Shown one piece after another: positions 48,626-58,732 of a stretch of 64,000 nucleotides of DNA (positions are counted from its first letter, which is position 1; every line of letters starts with the position of its first letter). The notes beneath the pieces are model-generated. The model made no database searches. It was not told where the DNA came from and worked only from the letters and a program-made list of their open reading frames with translations. This stretch comes from an uncultured bacterium (GTDB taxonomy: Bacteria > Electryoneota > Tariuqbacteria > Tariuqbacterales > Tariuqbacteraceae), in NCBI GenBank assembly GCA_964421875.1, contig CAYQZD010000002.1:8747-72746 (forward strand), read 5' to 3'. Position numbers and translations under genes: made by a program.

Positions 48626-51196
48626 TCACGCCTTCCTAATCAACTCATATATCAAATCCAAAGCTTCCCTGGGACTAAGGCTGTCAGGATTTATCCCCTT
48701 CAACATCTCTTTTAACTCGTCCTTCACTCCGGCAAACAGGCTGAGCTGGTCCATCGTATGACCCGATACATAACCCGGACGCTGCATTTGCTCCCCTTCC
48801 AGCCCCGCCAACACCTCCAATGCCCGCTCTATCATCTTCTCCGGCAGTCCTGCCATCCGCGCCACCTGAATACCGTAACTCCGGTCGCAGCCTCCGGGTG
48901 CGATTTTGCGCAGGAAAATCACCCGGTTCTCGTACTCCTTGACCTGGATGTTGAAGTTCTTCACCCCCGGCAGCTTCTTTTCCAGTTCCGTCAATTCGTG
49001 GTAATGGGTGGCGAACAAGGTCTTCGACCGCAGCCGCGGATTGTCGTGCAGGTATTCGGTGAGGGCCCAGGCGATGGAAAGACCGTCGAAAGTCGAAGTC
49101 CCCCGGCCGATTTCATCCAGCACTATCAGGCTTTTAGTGGTGGCGTGGTTGATGATGTTCGCCGCCTCATTCATCTCCAGTAAAAACGTGCTTTCGCCTT
49201 CAGCCAGGTTATCCTGCGCCCCCACCCGCGTAAAAATCCGGTCCACTATGCCAATCCTGGCGCTTTTAGCCGGGACGAAACTCCCAATCTGCGCCATCAA
49301 TGTTATCAACGCCGCCTGCCTCAGGTAAGTCGATTTCCCCGCCATATTAGGCCCGGTTATCAGCATTATCCGCAGCCCGCCGCCAATATTCAAATCGTTG
49401 GCAATGAACTTCTCCCCCGGTGGCAGCAGCCTTTCCACCACCGGATGCCGGCTCTCCGAAAGTTCTATCGTATCCCCCTCGAAAACCTCAGGCCGGCAGT
49501 AACCGTACTCCTCCGCAGCCTCGGCAAAACCAAGGAAAACATCCAATTCCGCCAGCGAAGCCGCGTCCTGCTGAATCGTTTCAGCGAAGCCTGCGATGGT
49601 GTAGCGCAGTTCGTTGAAAAGCTCGACCTCCAGTTCCTTAATCTCCTCCTCCGCGCGAAGCACCTGCTCCTCGTGCTCCTTCAATTCTTCCGTTATGTAA
49701 CGCTCCGCGTTCACCAGCGTCTGTTTGCGGATATACTCCGGCGGAACCTTGCCTATCTGAGCCTTGGTGACCTCGATGTAATATCCGAAAACCTTATTGT
49801 AACCGATTTTCAGGTTCTGGATGCCGGTGCGGGAACGTTCATCCTCCTGCCGCCCGACAATCCACTCCTTACCGCTGCCCGATATCCGCCGCAGCTGGTC
49901 CAGCCGCTCATTATACCCCTCCCTAAAAACTCCGCCGTCTCCTGCAGTGAAGGGCGGGTCCTCCACCAGAGCCCGCCGCAGCCGGTCCGTAAGCTGAGGC
50001 AGCGGATCGATTGCTTTGCCGATTTCCCGCAGACAAGCCTCTTCCGCGCGGTGCAATATCTCCTTGATTTCAGGAAGAGCCTCCAGTGTCCTGAATAGTC
50101 CCAGCGCATCCCGCGGACCGCCCCGTCCTCCCGCCAGGCGGGACAAAGTCCGCTCGATGTCGCACAGCTTCCTTAACCGGGAAGACAATTCCCGGCGCAG
50201 CGTCCGCTCCTTCAAGCAAGCGTCCACCGCCTCCAGCCGGCGCTCCGCCCCCGCCGCCTCCAAAAGAGGCCGGCCCATCCACCGCCGCAGTAGCCTCCCC
50301 CCCATCGAAGTGAAAGTCCGGTCAAGCGTATGATAGAGCGTGGCTTCTTTGCGCCCGGAAAATGAGGTGAATAATTCAAGATTGCGCAATGTCGCCGGAT
50401 CCAGCATCATCCCTGACTTCGAAGGAGCCAGAAATACCCGCCGAATCTGCGAACAATCCCGCTTCAGTTCCTCCTTCAAATAAGTCAGAACCGCCCCTGC
50501 TGATTGCGCCGCCGCCGGAAAATGCTCCAGCCCCAGCCCTCGAAGCGAAATGACGCCGAAGTGAGTCTTAAGAGCGTCCACCGCGTAAGAGTGAGAAAAA
50601 TAAAGGTCGTTCACCGGGGATATAACTGTATCCCGATTGAGGTCAAGCGATTCGGAAAGGGAATCCGCGGTAGCTTCGGGAAGAATTATTTCGGCGGGAG
50701 AAAAATGCATAAGCTCCGCCCCCATCTCGGAAACGGAGCCCTGAGAAACGAAAAATTCGCCGGTGGAAACGTCGGTGAAAGCGATTCCCAGAACCTCCCG
50801 CTCCAAAACCGCAGCCGCTAAATAGTTGTTGCGATCCTCCTCCAGCAGGCTTTCCGAAAGCGAGCTGCCCGCAGTCACCACCTCGATGACCTCACGCTTA
50901 ACCAAACCCCGAGCCTTCTTAGGGTCCTCAACCTGCTCGCAAACCGCAACCTTGTAACCCGCGCGAACCATCTTCGCTTTGTAGTTTTCCAACTGATGAT
51001 GAGGAAATCCCGCCAGAGGTGTCTTACCGGAACCGCCGTGGTTGCGGGAAGTGAGGGTCAAGCCCAGCGCTTCGCTGGCGATCTTGGCGTCTTCAAAAAA
51101 CATCTCGAAAAAATCGCCCATCCGGAAGAACAAAACCGCGCCGTCATACTGAGCCTTGATGGCTGAATATTGCTGCATCATCGGAGTGCGGCTCAT
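48626..51196 (-). CDS. mutS: DNA mismatch repair protein MutS
   Basis: N-terminal TPMMQQY...FFRMGDFFE; Walker A GPNMAGKST; 856 aa. Confidence 0.95.
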   Translation of the reverse strand: MSRTPMMQQYSAIKAQYDGAVLFFRMGDFFEMFFEDAKIASEALGLTLTSRNHGGSGKTPLAGFPHHQLENYKAKMVRAGYKVAVCEQVEDPKKARGLVKREVIEVVTAGSSLSESLLEEDRNNYLAAAVLEREVLGIAFTDVSTGEFFVSQGSVSEMGAELMHFSPAEIILPEATADSLSESLDLNRDTVISPVNDLYFSHSYAVDALKTHFGVISLRGLGLEHFPAAAQSAGAVLTYLKEELKRDCSQIRRVFLAPSKSGMMLDPATLRNLELFTSFSGRKEATLYHTLDRTFTSMGGRLLRRWMGRPLLEAAGAERRLEAVDACLKERTLRRELSSRLRKLCDIERTLSRLAGGRGGPRDALGLFRTLEALPEIKEILHRAEEACLREIGKAIDPLPQLTDRLRRALVEDPPFTAGDGGVFREGYNERLDQLRRISGSGKEWIVGRQEDERSRTGIQNLKIGYNKVFGYYIEVTKAQIGKVPPEYIRKQTLVNAERYITEELKEHEEQVLRAEEEIKELEVELFNELRYTIAGFAETIQQDAASLAELDVFLGFAEAAEEYGYCRPEVFEGDTIELSESRHPVVERLLPPGEKFIANDLNIGGGLRIMLITGPNMAGKSTYLRQAALITLMAQIGSFVPAKSARIGIVDRIFTRVGAQDNLAEGESTFLLEMNEAANIINHATTKSLIVLDEIGRGTSTFDGLSIAWALTEYLHDNPRLRSKTLFATHYHELTELEKKLPGVKNFNIQVKEYENRVIFLRKIAPGGCDRSYGIQVARMAGLPEKMIERALEVLAGLEGEQMQRPGYVSGHTMDQLSLFAGVKDELKEMLKGINPDSLSPREALDLIYELIRKA

Positions 51197-51813
51197 TGAA
51201 CCTCCCTGACCACCCGAGTTTTGAGAGGTAGTCTCTTCTCTATCGCTCCGGAGACGGAATCAGCCCCGGACTCCTCCTTGAAACCGCCCACAAGAACCAA
51301 ATAAAGCATTTTGTTATTGACAATTTTATCCCGAATCACCACGGAATAGCCCATCCCTTCCAATCGCACATTCAGATTAGCAGCGTTGATGAAATCGGAG
51401 AAAGCCCCGACCTGAACCCAAAATGTCTCAATTTGACCGGGGAGTGAAGGAGAGGTGAGTTCAATCTGAGGACGTTTATTGAGTAACTGTAAAAGCGAAT
51501 CCGCCTTCAAGTAAGCGCCCCGGGCGTAGTAATACTCCTGGAGGCGGCTCAGCGATTCCCATCCCAGAGGATTCTCCGGAAACTGCTTCCAGATAGATTC
51601 GAAAAGCCCTGCTGCCCGTTCACCCTCCTGCTCGAACAACGCTTCCAGAAACTGCTTCTCAATCTTACTTGCCCCCGATTCGCGCAATTCCCGGAGTTCA
51701 TCTATCCGCCCGGCGCGCAATAATGAGATAATCTCCGAGGGTTCAGCGAAGCATAAAGTGGCGGTGAAAAACAACCATAACAATAACACTATTGGGTTGA
51801 AGCGTCGAATCAT
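51193..51813 (-). CDS. SPOR-domain protein
   Basis: Signal/TM N-terminus; C-terminal FWVQVGAFSDFINAANL...VLVGGF SPOR motif. Confidence 0.65.
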   Translation of the reverse strand: MIRRFNPIVLLLWLFFTATLCFAEPSEIISLLRAGRIDELRELRESGASKIEKQFLEALFEQEGERAAGLFESIWKQFPENPLGWESLSRLQEYYYARGAYLKADSLLQLLNKRPQIELTSPSLPGQIETFWVQVGAFSDFINAANLNVRLEGMGYSVVIRDKIVNNKMLYLVLVGGFKEESGADSVSGAIEKRLPLKTRVVREVQ

Positions 51814-51828
51814 CGCATTGCCCCGAGG

Positions 51829-52968
51829 CTATAACCTGAAAGAACGCCACCGTTTACATCTGGGGCAGCGCCATTGAGGCTGAGAATCGATGTAACCGCA
51901 TTCCTTGCAAACATAAGCTTCCCGCTCCTCCATCACCATATCCAGGATTTCAAGACCGAGACCGGCTGCCTCGGCGTGCTGCTTGTCAGCCGCCAGGAAA
52001 CGGAAAAGGTTCCGTCTTATCCAGAGCGATTCCGGGGAACGGTCCAAACCTTCACGGCAGATGTCGATAGCCTCCGCAGTTTCACCCTTACGGTCTAAAA
52101 AACGAGCCAGAGCCACCACCGCCCGAGTATTCTTAGGATTGTCCCGAACCAGTTCCCGGTAAATCGATTCCACCTCCTGGAATCTCCCAAGCTCAAAAAC
52201 CGCCTTCTCCATCTGGTCGAAGGCAAGATAAGACAGCAGGGGATTGTTCTTAAAAAACTTCCGCCACTCCGAAAGCGCGTCCTCTGTCCGATTTTCCAGG
52301 ATATAAGACCCGGCAAGCTCCAGATATGCCGGCGCTAATGAGTTATCCAGTTTCAAAGCCGCGCGGTAGCGCAGACGGGCGTCATGCTCCCTGCCACCTG
52401 AAGACTTGATCGCATTTCCCTCCATCACCCGATAAAGCGCCAGTTTCTCCCGGTCGTGAACGCCAATGATTGACTGAATTCGCTTCTCTACTTCAAAAGC
52501 GGACTTCCAATCACCCAGTGTCTCTTCTATTTCCAACCACTTACCCAGCGCCCAGACATCGTTCTTGTCGATGGAAAGAAGACCATTGATAAAGGGGATA
52601 GCTCCTCGAAGGCTGCCGCCCGCTAAATGGTCAAGCACCAGCGAACGAAGCAGCTTGGTCTTAAGACCGGGGGTGAGTCTTTCCCGCACTGTAAGTTCTT
52701 TGTGAACCTTAATCGCCAGTTGGCCCTGATCCATCTCCCGCAGGATGTCGCCATATAGAATGTAAGCCTCGATGTTCTCCGTGTCCTCCTTTACAACCTG
52801 CCGCAGTTTGTCCAAAGCCTTGCGCTTTTCGCCCGCGAGAAGAAGCGAAAGCGCCTGGGTGTAAGGAGGCTGCTGCCGGGAGCGCTGACGCTTGGTGTAA
52901 ACAAGCGTTCCCACAGAAGCAAGGATGAACAATCCCGCCGCCAATATGACTATCGCTTCCCAACTCAT
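51829..52968 (-). CDS. lapB: Lipopolysaccharide assembly protein B-like (TPR repeats plus a rubredoxin-type zinc ribbon)
   Basis: N-terminal TM; TPR repeats; C-terminal CKECGY...RCPRCKRW. The lapA-like gene lies immediately upstream on the same strand. Confidence 0.7.
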   Translation of the reverse strand: MSWEAIVILAAGLFILASVGTLVYTKRQRSRQQPPYTQALSLLLAGEKRKALDKLRQVVKEDTENIEAYILYGDILREMDQGQLAIKVHKELTVRERLTPGLKTKLLRSLVLDHLAGGSLRGAIPFINGLLSIDKNDVWALGKWLEIEETLGDWKSAFEVEKRIQSIIGVHDREKLALYRVMEGNAIKSSGGREHDARLRYRAALKLDNSLAPAYLELAGSYILENRTEDALSEWRKFFKNNPLLSYLAFDQMEKAVFELGRFQEVESIYRELVRDNPKNTRAVVALARFLDRKGETAEAIDICREGLDRSPESLWIRRNLFRFLAADKQHAEAAGLGLEILDMVMEEREAYVCKECGYIDSQPQWRCPRCKRWRSFRL

Positions 52969-52969
52969 A

Positions 52970-53311
52970 TCAGTCTTCCTCTTCCTCGCTCTCTAAAGAG
53001 GCCTCCGGAAATGTAGGAACCTCCTCCTCTATCGATAGGTTCCGAAGCCGGTCGAGTTCATCGCGAAGCCGGCGGTTTTCACGCTTATGACGCCCGATTT
53101 CCGTCTTCAACTGGAACAGATTGTAAATGGATATCAGGAAGAAAACCAAAACGCCCAGTGCAAAGGCGATATAGAGAGCAAAGTAGAGCGGCATCTCTGG
53201 CGTAATATAACCCCCGATGTGAATCTGCACTTTCTGGTCCTGATTCTGAAGGGAAAATCCCAGAATGGCAAGCAGGACGAGGATTATCAAACTCCAGCGG
53301 ATAATCCACAT
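52970..53311 (-). CDS. lapA: Lipopolysaccharide assembly protein A-like (DUF1049)
   Basis: Two TM helices with FSLQNQDQKVQIHI between them; charged C-terminus. Confidence 0.6.
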   Translation of the reverse strand: MWIIRWSLIILVLLAILGFSLQNQDQKVQIHIGGYITPEMPLYFALYIAFALGVLVFFLISIYNLFQLKTEIGRHKRENRRLRDELDRLRNLSIEEEVPTFPEASLESEEEED

Positions 53312-53326
53312 AATAGTTAACTCCGG

Positions 53327-54655
53327 TTATATTGTGATGTTGAATGCTTCTTTTCTCGAACTGCACCTGAGAGTGAATCCCGATACCGAGTTCACCGATA
53401 CTCTGACAAAGTCCCCCGGCGAATAGTCGCCTCGGGGGAAAATGGCTATCCGGTTGTATTCGGTGCGCCCCATCCAGTAATCCGAATCCTTCTTACTCGC
53501 GCGCTCCACCAGCGCCGTGAAACTTCTGCCGATTTGAGCCTCCAGGTTCTCCCGCGAAATCCTGCGCGTGAAGGTGATTACTTCCTCCAAACGCTCGATC
53601 TTCTCCGCCTCAGGCACGTCATCGGTAAGCCCGGCGGCGGAAGTCCCCTCCCGCGGTGAATAACGGTAAGTGAAAGCGTCGTCGAATCTGACCGCCTCTA
53701 TCAAATCTAAAGTCGCACGGTAATCCTCATCCCTCTCCGAGGGGAAACCGACGATGACGTCGGTAGTGAGCGAAATTCCCGGAATGATGCGGCGAGCCTT
53801 TTCCGTAAGCGCCAGGTATTCAGCGCCGCTGTAACCTCGCTTCATCAGCCCCAAAATCCGGTCGCTCCCCGCCTGGAAGGGCAGATGCAAATGCGGAGCG
53901 GCGCTGCCGCACTCCGCCATCGCTTCCAGTAGTTCATCGGAAAGGTCTTTGGGGTGAGAAGTCAGGAAACGCAGGCGCTCTACCCCCCCCACCTTATCCA
54001 CTTCCCTGAGTAACTTTGGAAAGTTTATGTCATTATGATTGTAAGAGTTAACGTTTTGCCCCAGCAGGGTAATCTCTTTTACCCCGGCCGCCGTCAAATA
54101 CTCGATTTCAGCGATAATGCTCTGAGCCGGGCGAGACCTCTCCCCGCCGCGGACATAAGGAACAATGCAGTAAGAACAGTAGTTGTCACAGCCCCGCGCT
54201 ATCGCTACCCCTGCGCTCACGCCGGAACAGACTGGAAGCAGATTCTCGTAGGTTTCGACGGGATTGTCCCCCATCCACACCCTTCGAGTGAATTCATCAG
54301 ATACTAAAAGTTCCGGTAGTTTACGGTATCCGTCAGGACCCACCACCAAATCAAGATGCGGAAATTCCTCCAGCAGCCTTTCCCCAAACCGGCTCCCCAT
54401 ACATCCCATCAGTATGATTCGCAGCCCCGGATTGGAACGCTTAAGCGCCTTGTATTGCGATAGAAGTGAAAATACCCGCTGTTCCGCATGACGCCGAACA
54501 CTGCAGGTGTTGATAAGTAAAAAATCAGCCGTCTTCCTGTCGCTTGCAGGAGTCATTCCGCGCAATTGAAGCAGATGCTCCACCAGCGCGGAATCGTAAT
54601 CGTTCATCTCACAGCCGTATGTCTCGATGAAGTATCTTCCCTTCAATACATCCAT
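53327..54655 (-). CDS. miaB: tRNA methylthiotransferase (radical SAM, MiaB family)
   Basis: YFIETYGCEMNDYDS; radical SAM CDNYCSYC; C-terminal TRAM domain; 442 aa. Confidence 0.8.
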   Translation of the reverse strand: MDVLKGRYFIETYGCEMNDYDSALVEHLLQLRGMTPASDRKTADFLLINTCSVRRHAEQRVFSLLSQYKALKRSNPGLRIILMGCMGSRFGERLLEEFPHLDLVVGPDGYRKLPELLVSDEFTRRVWMGDNPVETYENLLPVCSGVSAGVAIARGCDNYCSYCIVPYVRGGERSRPAQSIIAEIEYLTAAGVKEITLLGQNVNSYNHNDINFPKLLREVDKVGGVERLRFLTSHPKDLSDELLEAMAECGSAAPHLHLPFQAGSDRILGLMKRGYSGAEYLALTEKARRIIPGISLTTDVIVGFPSERDEDYRATLDLIEAVRFDDAFTYRYSPREGTSAAGLTDDVPEAEKIERLEEVITFTRRISRENLEAQIGRSFTALVERASKKDSDYWMGRTEYNRIAIFPRGDYSPGDFVRVSVNSVSGFTLRCSSRKEAFNITI

Positions 54656-54722
54656 AAGAATAATATAAGGAATTCATAAAGATAAATCAAAAATCGACTT
54701 GTGTTATTCAGGAGTGTCTTTC

Positions 54723-54948
54723 GTGCCGCAGAGTCCCCGCACTCTGCGGCACAACACCTGCGCTCTCAATTGTAGGTCGGCTTATTCAAAGCCGACAACC
54801 GGCAACAGGTAACCGGAAACCGGCAACCATAAACTTACTGAGCTGCCAGGTCCCCGCACCCGTTAGTGTTGCGTTATGTCAGGTCTTTAGCGTAGCGGAG
54901 ACCAGACATAATTTTTCCCTCCTTCCCACGCTCCCCCGTGAAAATGCA
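54723..54948. repeat. Mosaic REP-like cluster (C, GTAG-hairpin, C', D, E')
   Basis: GTGCCGCAGAGTccccgcACTCTGCGGCAC (54723-54752); GTAGGTCGGCTTattcaAAGCCGAC (54772-54796); D at 54874-54910; E' at 54923-54948. Confidence 0.8.
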
Positions 54949-54956
54949 AATATGAC

Positions 54957-55340
54957 CTAACTAATGCACAGAATCAGATAAATCACCCCTCCCAGCACGA
55001 AGATAACGGTCAAAACCAGCGACCGCACTTTGGTAATCGGGAAAAAGATGATTTGCAGCACCGCCCGGAAAAACCAGAAAAGCGCGATGAAGAACAGAAG
55101 CATTTTTCCCAGCCAGGTCGTCAATAATCCTTCCACCTGGATAAAGGAGAGGAATCCCATTATCAGGAAATAGTACATCAGGCAAAGATTCAGTATCTGC
55201 ATCACCTGACGATTGATAAGCGATAAACTTCTGAGGTCAGCTTTCCACCGAAAAATCTTCCAGAAAAAGGCATGGAATATGAAAAAAGCCAGGTGATAAG
55301 CTCCCCCGATATAGATCAAAGTCCTGGCGTAATCCGCCAT
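54957..55340 (-). CDS. Small integral membrane protein (four predicted TM helices), unknown function
   Basis: Hydrophobicity pattern only. Confidence 0.4.
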   Translation of the reverse strand: MADYARTLIYIGGAYHLAFFIFHAFFWKIFRWKADLRSLSLINRQVMQILNLCLMYYFLIMGFLSFIQVEGLLTTWLGKMLLFFIALFWFFRAVLQIIFFPITKVRSLVLTVIFVLGGVIYLILCIS

Positions 55341-55388
55341 ACGCTCCTCCGTAGTTATACTTGTTTTGAATTAGCTTCGAACCGCCGC

Positions 55389-56054
55389 TCATTTAACTCC
55401 CACCGGAATAATATAATACGGCTCCTCCTTGATCCCCAAAGCTTTCTGCACCTTCTTCTCGTAAAAAGCCCCCATCGGAACCGCCCCCAGCCCCAACGCC
55501 GCCGCTTGCAATAGTAAATTCTGCGCCGCGTGCCCTACCTCGATAAGCACATACTGCTCCGCCCGCTCCCCATACTTTTTCGCCGTCCGGGAAACCACCC
55601 CGGTCACTACAAAAGCCGCCGCGCATTTATGAATTGCGCTCTGACCCAAAGCCGCTCCCGCTAAATCATCCAGCAGCTTACCCTCCTTTACCAGCTTGAT
55701 TTTGTGACCCTTGGGGATATAGCGGTAAAGCCCAGGCGCCAAACCCTCCACCTGCTCCGCCACCGCGAAAAGCTCCAGCGGATAAAGCGCCCCCGCTGAA
55801 GGCGCTATCCGGTAAAAATCCTTCTTAGTCAATCCCTGCGCCGCCCAAAAAAGCTGAGAAAACTGCTGAAGCGTCAAAGCCTCTTCGCTGTAGCTCCGAA
55901 CCGAACGACGCTGGCTTAAAGCCTCCTCCAGAGATACTTCACCCTTCGTAACCGGCGCAGGAAGCTTAAATGTGGATTTCTTCATCTCCTCCCCCAGGCA
56001 AATTGTTGAAACTGAGAATAAAACTATCCAGATAAAACCTTGAGCAAAACGCAT
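55389..56054 (-). CDS. Nitroreductase-fold / SagB-type dehydrogenase family protein with a signal peptide
   Basis: ...LYRYIPKGHKI...YVLIEVGHAAQNLLLQAAALGLGAVPMGAF... nitroreductase-like signature. Confidence 0.5.
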   Translation of the reverse strand: MRFAQGFIWIVLFSVSTICLGEEMKKSTFKLPAPVTKGEVSLEEALSQRRSVRSYSEEALTLQQFSQLFWAAQGLTKKDFYRIAPSAGALYPLELFAVAEQVEGLAPGLYRYIPKGHKIKLVKEGKLLDDLAGAALGQSAIHKCAAAFVVTGVVSRTAKKYGERAEQYVLIEVGHAAQNLLLQAAALGLGAVPMGAFYEKKVQKALGIKEEPYYIIPVGVK

Positions 56055-56075
56055 AATCTAATCCTCCTTTTAACT

Positions 56076-56273
56076 CGTTCCACGCTCCGGCGTGGGAATG
56101 CATAATGGATTGTCATTGCCAACGATTTGTAGGGTGGGTTTCAACTCACCACCATCTGTCATTGCCAACGAAGTGAAACAATCGGTAAATTATACCGCGT
56201 TATGTCAGGTCTTTAGCGCAGCGGAGACCTGACATTTTACCTCGTTCCCACGCTCCCGCGTGGGAATGCAGAC
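56076..56273. repeat. Mosaic REP-like cluster (E, B variant, A variant, D, E)
   Basis: TTCCACGCtccgGCGTGGGAA; GTAGGGTGGGTTtcAACTCACC; TGTCATTGccaacgaagtgaaaCAATC (stem covariation); ATGTCAGGTCtttagcgcagcggAGACCTGACAT; TTCCCACGCtcccGCGTGGGAA. Confidence 0.8.
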
Positions 56274-56341
56274 GAGCGACCGATAGCGTTTTCATCCTAA
56301 GTTATGCGATGCAGCGAAAGAGACCCTCGAATGAGGATTTA

Positions 56342-57145
56342 TCAACCCAACGCCTCCAGTATCTTCCCCTGAATCTCCGGAGTCGCAGCCACTATATTAC
56401 CCGTCTCCAGATAATCGGGCTCCCCCCCAAATCCGCTGACTATCCCCCCGGCTTCCCGGACAATCAAACTCCCCGCCGCCATATCCCAGGGCGAGAGCCC
56501 CTTTTCCCAAAAACCGTCCAGCGCCCCCGACGCCGTCCAGCATAAATCAAGCGCCGCCGCCCCCGCCCGACGAATCCCGCTGACCGCGTGAAACAGCCGC
56601 GAAAATAACTCCAGAAAGTCCCCCAGATAATCCTTCTCCCGAAAAGGAAATCCCGTTGCTAATAGGCAGTCGCTGAATTCCACGCGATGGCTGACGCTGA
56701 TACTCTCCCCGTTGCGAAACGCTCCCAAACCCCGCCCCGCATAGGATAGCTCCCCCGACACAGGATTCAGCACCGCCCCCGCCTCAATCTCACCGAAACC
56801 CTCCACCCCGGAAGCCATCCGCTCCACCGCCACCGAAACCGCGAAAACCGGAAAGCTGTGAATGAAATTCGTCGTCCCGTCCAAAGGGTCGATTATCCAG
56901 CGGTAATCCTCCCCGGAAATCCCTCCGCCCCGCTCCTCTGCTAATATCCCGTGACTCGGGAAACGCTCCAATACATAGCTGACAATCGCCCTCTGAGACT
57001 CCAAATCCACTTCGGTCACATAGTCCTTTTCCGATTTATGCTCAACCTTGCCAATTCCGCCCTTCCTGTAATGCCGGAGTAAAACCTCCCCTCCAACCAG
57101 AGCCGCCCCCTTAGCCGTCTCCAATAACGCACTGACTTCAATCAT
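56342..57145 (-). CDS. Inositol monophosphatase family protein (SuhB/IMPase/CysQ family; subtype not resolvable)
   Basis: WIIDPLDGTTNF motif; family-level match only (the metal-binding region ...HGILAEE...). No gene symbol assigned because the specific subfamily cannot be distinguished from sequence. Confidence 0.85.
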   Translation of the reverse strand: MIEVSALLETAKGAALVGGEVLLRHYRKGGIGKVEHKSEKDYVTEVDLESQRAIVSYVLERFPSHGILAEERGGGISGEDYRWIIDPLDGTTNFIHSFPVFAVSVAVERMASGVEGFGEIEAGAVLNPVSGELSYAGRGLGAFRNGESISVSHRVEFSDCLLATGFPFREKDYLGDFLELFSRLFHAVSGIRRAGAAALDLCWTASGALDGFWEKGLSPWDMAAGSLIVREAGGIVSGFGGEPDYLETGNIVAATPEIQGKILEALG

Positions 57146-57194
57146 ATAATATAATCATTATGTAAATATTGACCTGTTGTGCTGCAGACTGTTC

Positions 57195-57470
57195 GAGAAT
57201 GCCCCGAATCTGTCATTCCCGCGCAGGCGGGAATCCGGAGCGTGGGCTGCAAGCGAGGACTTGATAATGTGCCCGCCGGGTCCCCGCACCCGGCGGTATG
57301 AGATTCAGCTCTGCAATATGCGTTATGTTATGCCTTTAGCGCTGCGGATACTACCGTGCTGTCGAGTCTCCGCACTCGACAGCTAACCATTGAAAAACCT
57401 CGTGCCGCAGACTCCCCGCAATTTGTCCGAGAATGCCCCGAATCTGTCATTCCCGCGGCCAGTGCGCCGT
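57195..57470. repeat. REP-like cluster with two ~45-nt direct repeats (gagaatgccccgaatctgtcattcccgcg) plus C' and C variants
   Basis: Copies at 57195-57243 (with hairpin TTCCCGCgcagGCGGGAA) and 57424-57458. CCGCCGGGTccccgcACCCGGCGG at 57272-57295. GCTGTCGAGTctccgcACTCGACAGC at 57357-57383. Confidence 0.75.
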
Positions 57471-57518
57471 ACGGCGTAAAACGGGAACCCGGAGAGCGGC
57501 GCGGTCTTCGAGCGCGGA

Positions 57519-57556
57519 CTTGTTACTTAACACTTGATACTTGTTACTTGTAACTT
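57519..57556. repeat. ACTTGTTA octamer direct repeats at the 3' end of gene 57544..58728
   Basis: acttgtta-cttaac-acttgata-cttgttacttgtaac; the same octamer family occurs at 20772-20813. Confidence 0.4.
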
Positions 57557-58728
57557 TTTTGCTTCCGAACCATCCTGTAAATAATCCATCCCAATACTAT
57601 CACCAGAATCACAGCCGCGCCGCCAATCCTAAATGGACGGTAAATCGTGGAAATCGCAGCCAAAGTCACAGTTGAATCCGCCAAAGTCTCCCCGTTGAAT
57701 TCCCAAACCAGCCATCGCCTCACTTCCCCTGTGCCGGTGCTGTCAACAACCATTGAATCGGCATTGGAACTGCGAATCACACCCGGAAGCGATACTTCAA
57801 CCTTAAAACCGTCGTCGCCCAGGTCCTTGGTTATATCGTACTCCCGAGCCAGCATCCGACCCACACTGCGCATATCCAGAAAGAAAGTGGTGTCACCCAG
57901 AAAATTCAACTGCTCCTCGATTATACCGTAACCGCTGTCCTGAACCGTGTTCCAAAGGTCGCAAACATCCTCTGCCTCCTCCACCCGGACATTGTCCATC
58001 GCTATGTGTAAAAATTCCACCAAAGCGGCTTCGGCGGAAGACAGCGTCTCCACTGATATTTCAATCTCAGGGTGCATCTCCAGAGATTTACGCACCGAAC
58101 TGAGGAAACGGGATTGGAAGACTTGGATTCCCCAGCGGACGTAGCCGTCGCGGAATTCCCCCTCAAGCCTCTCTTTGGTGGAATCGTCCAGGGATTCGGC
58201 TTCTTCCAACGCCCGGACTTCCTCCGGAATATAATCGAAGGGATCGCCGTAAAGCTCAGCCTTACGCCGGCTCTCAAATCGAAAATCGAGAATGTAATTC
58301 ACCATAAAAAACAGCTCCTGACGCTGAGCCTTTAAAGGATGGCGCAGGTCGAGCTGGGCGTAATCCACATAATCGACTCCGAAACTTTCCGGAAGAGGGC
58401 GCCGCTTGCTCGGACGGAAATGACGCCAAGCCCGGTAAAAGTAGCTGGTGTCGGGGCTGTCGCCGGAAGTGTCGATGTCAGTACCCTCCTCAACCTCCCA
58501 CATTACCGTGTCGGGCAGAGAATTCAGCCCGTCGTAAAGGTCGGCGCTGTCGCCGCTGGCAGTGTATTCGTAACTGACTCTTCCATCCTCAAGCGCCGTG
58601 ATTTTATACTCGTGCATCAAACAGGAATTGAGCAGTAATAAGCAGACCGAAAGAAAAACCACCATCTTGACAGCCAGTGGAAATGAAAACCGACTGAGCC
58701 CGAAAAATGAGTCCTCTGAAACTCTCAC
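57544..58728 (-). CDS. Hypothetical lipoprotein with a C-terminal TM anchor (394 aa), unknown function
   Basis: Lipobox-like LLLLNSC after the N-terminal hydrophobic segment; acidic soluble domain; C-terminal hydrophobic helix followed by KQKSYK. Confidence 0.4.
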   Translation of the reverse strand: MRVSEDSFFGLSRFSFPLAVKMVVFLSVCLLLLNSCLMHEYKITALEDGRVSYEYTASGDSADLYDGLNSLPDTVMWEVEEGTDIDTSGDSPDTSYFYRAWRHFRPSKRRPLPESFGVDYVDYAQLDLRHPLKAQRQELFFMVNYILDFRFESRRKAELYGDPFDYIPEEVRALEEAESLDDSTKERLEGEFRDGYVRWGIQVFQSRFLSSVRKSLEMHPEIEISVETLSSAEAALVEFLHIAMDNVRVEEAEDVCDLWNTVQDSGYGIIEEQLNFLGDTTFFLDMRSVGRMLAREYDITKDLGDDGFKVEVSLPGVIRSSNADSMVVDSTGTGEVRRWLVWEFNGETLADSTVTLAAISTIYRPFRIGGAAVILVIVLGWIIYRMVRKQKSYK

Positions 58729-58732
58729 TGGA

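Noticed and set aside
54781-54840. Short CCGGCAAC/CCGGAAAC direct repeats (ccggcaacaggtaaccggaaaccggcaacc)
   Set aside because: Only about three degenerate copies lie within a REP cluster, which is too short to call a distinct tandem-repeat locus.
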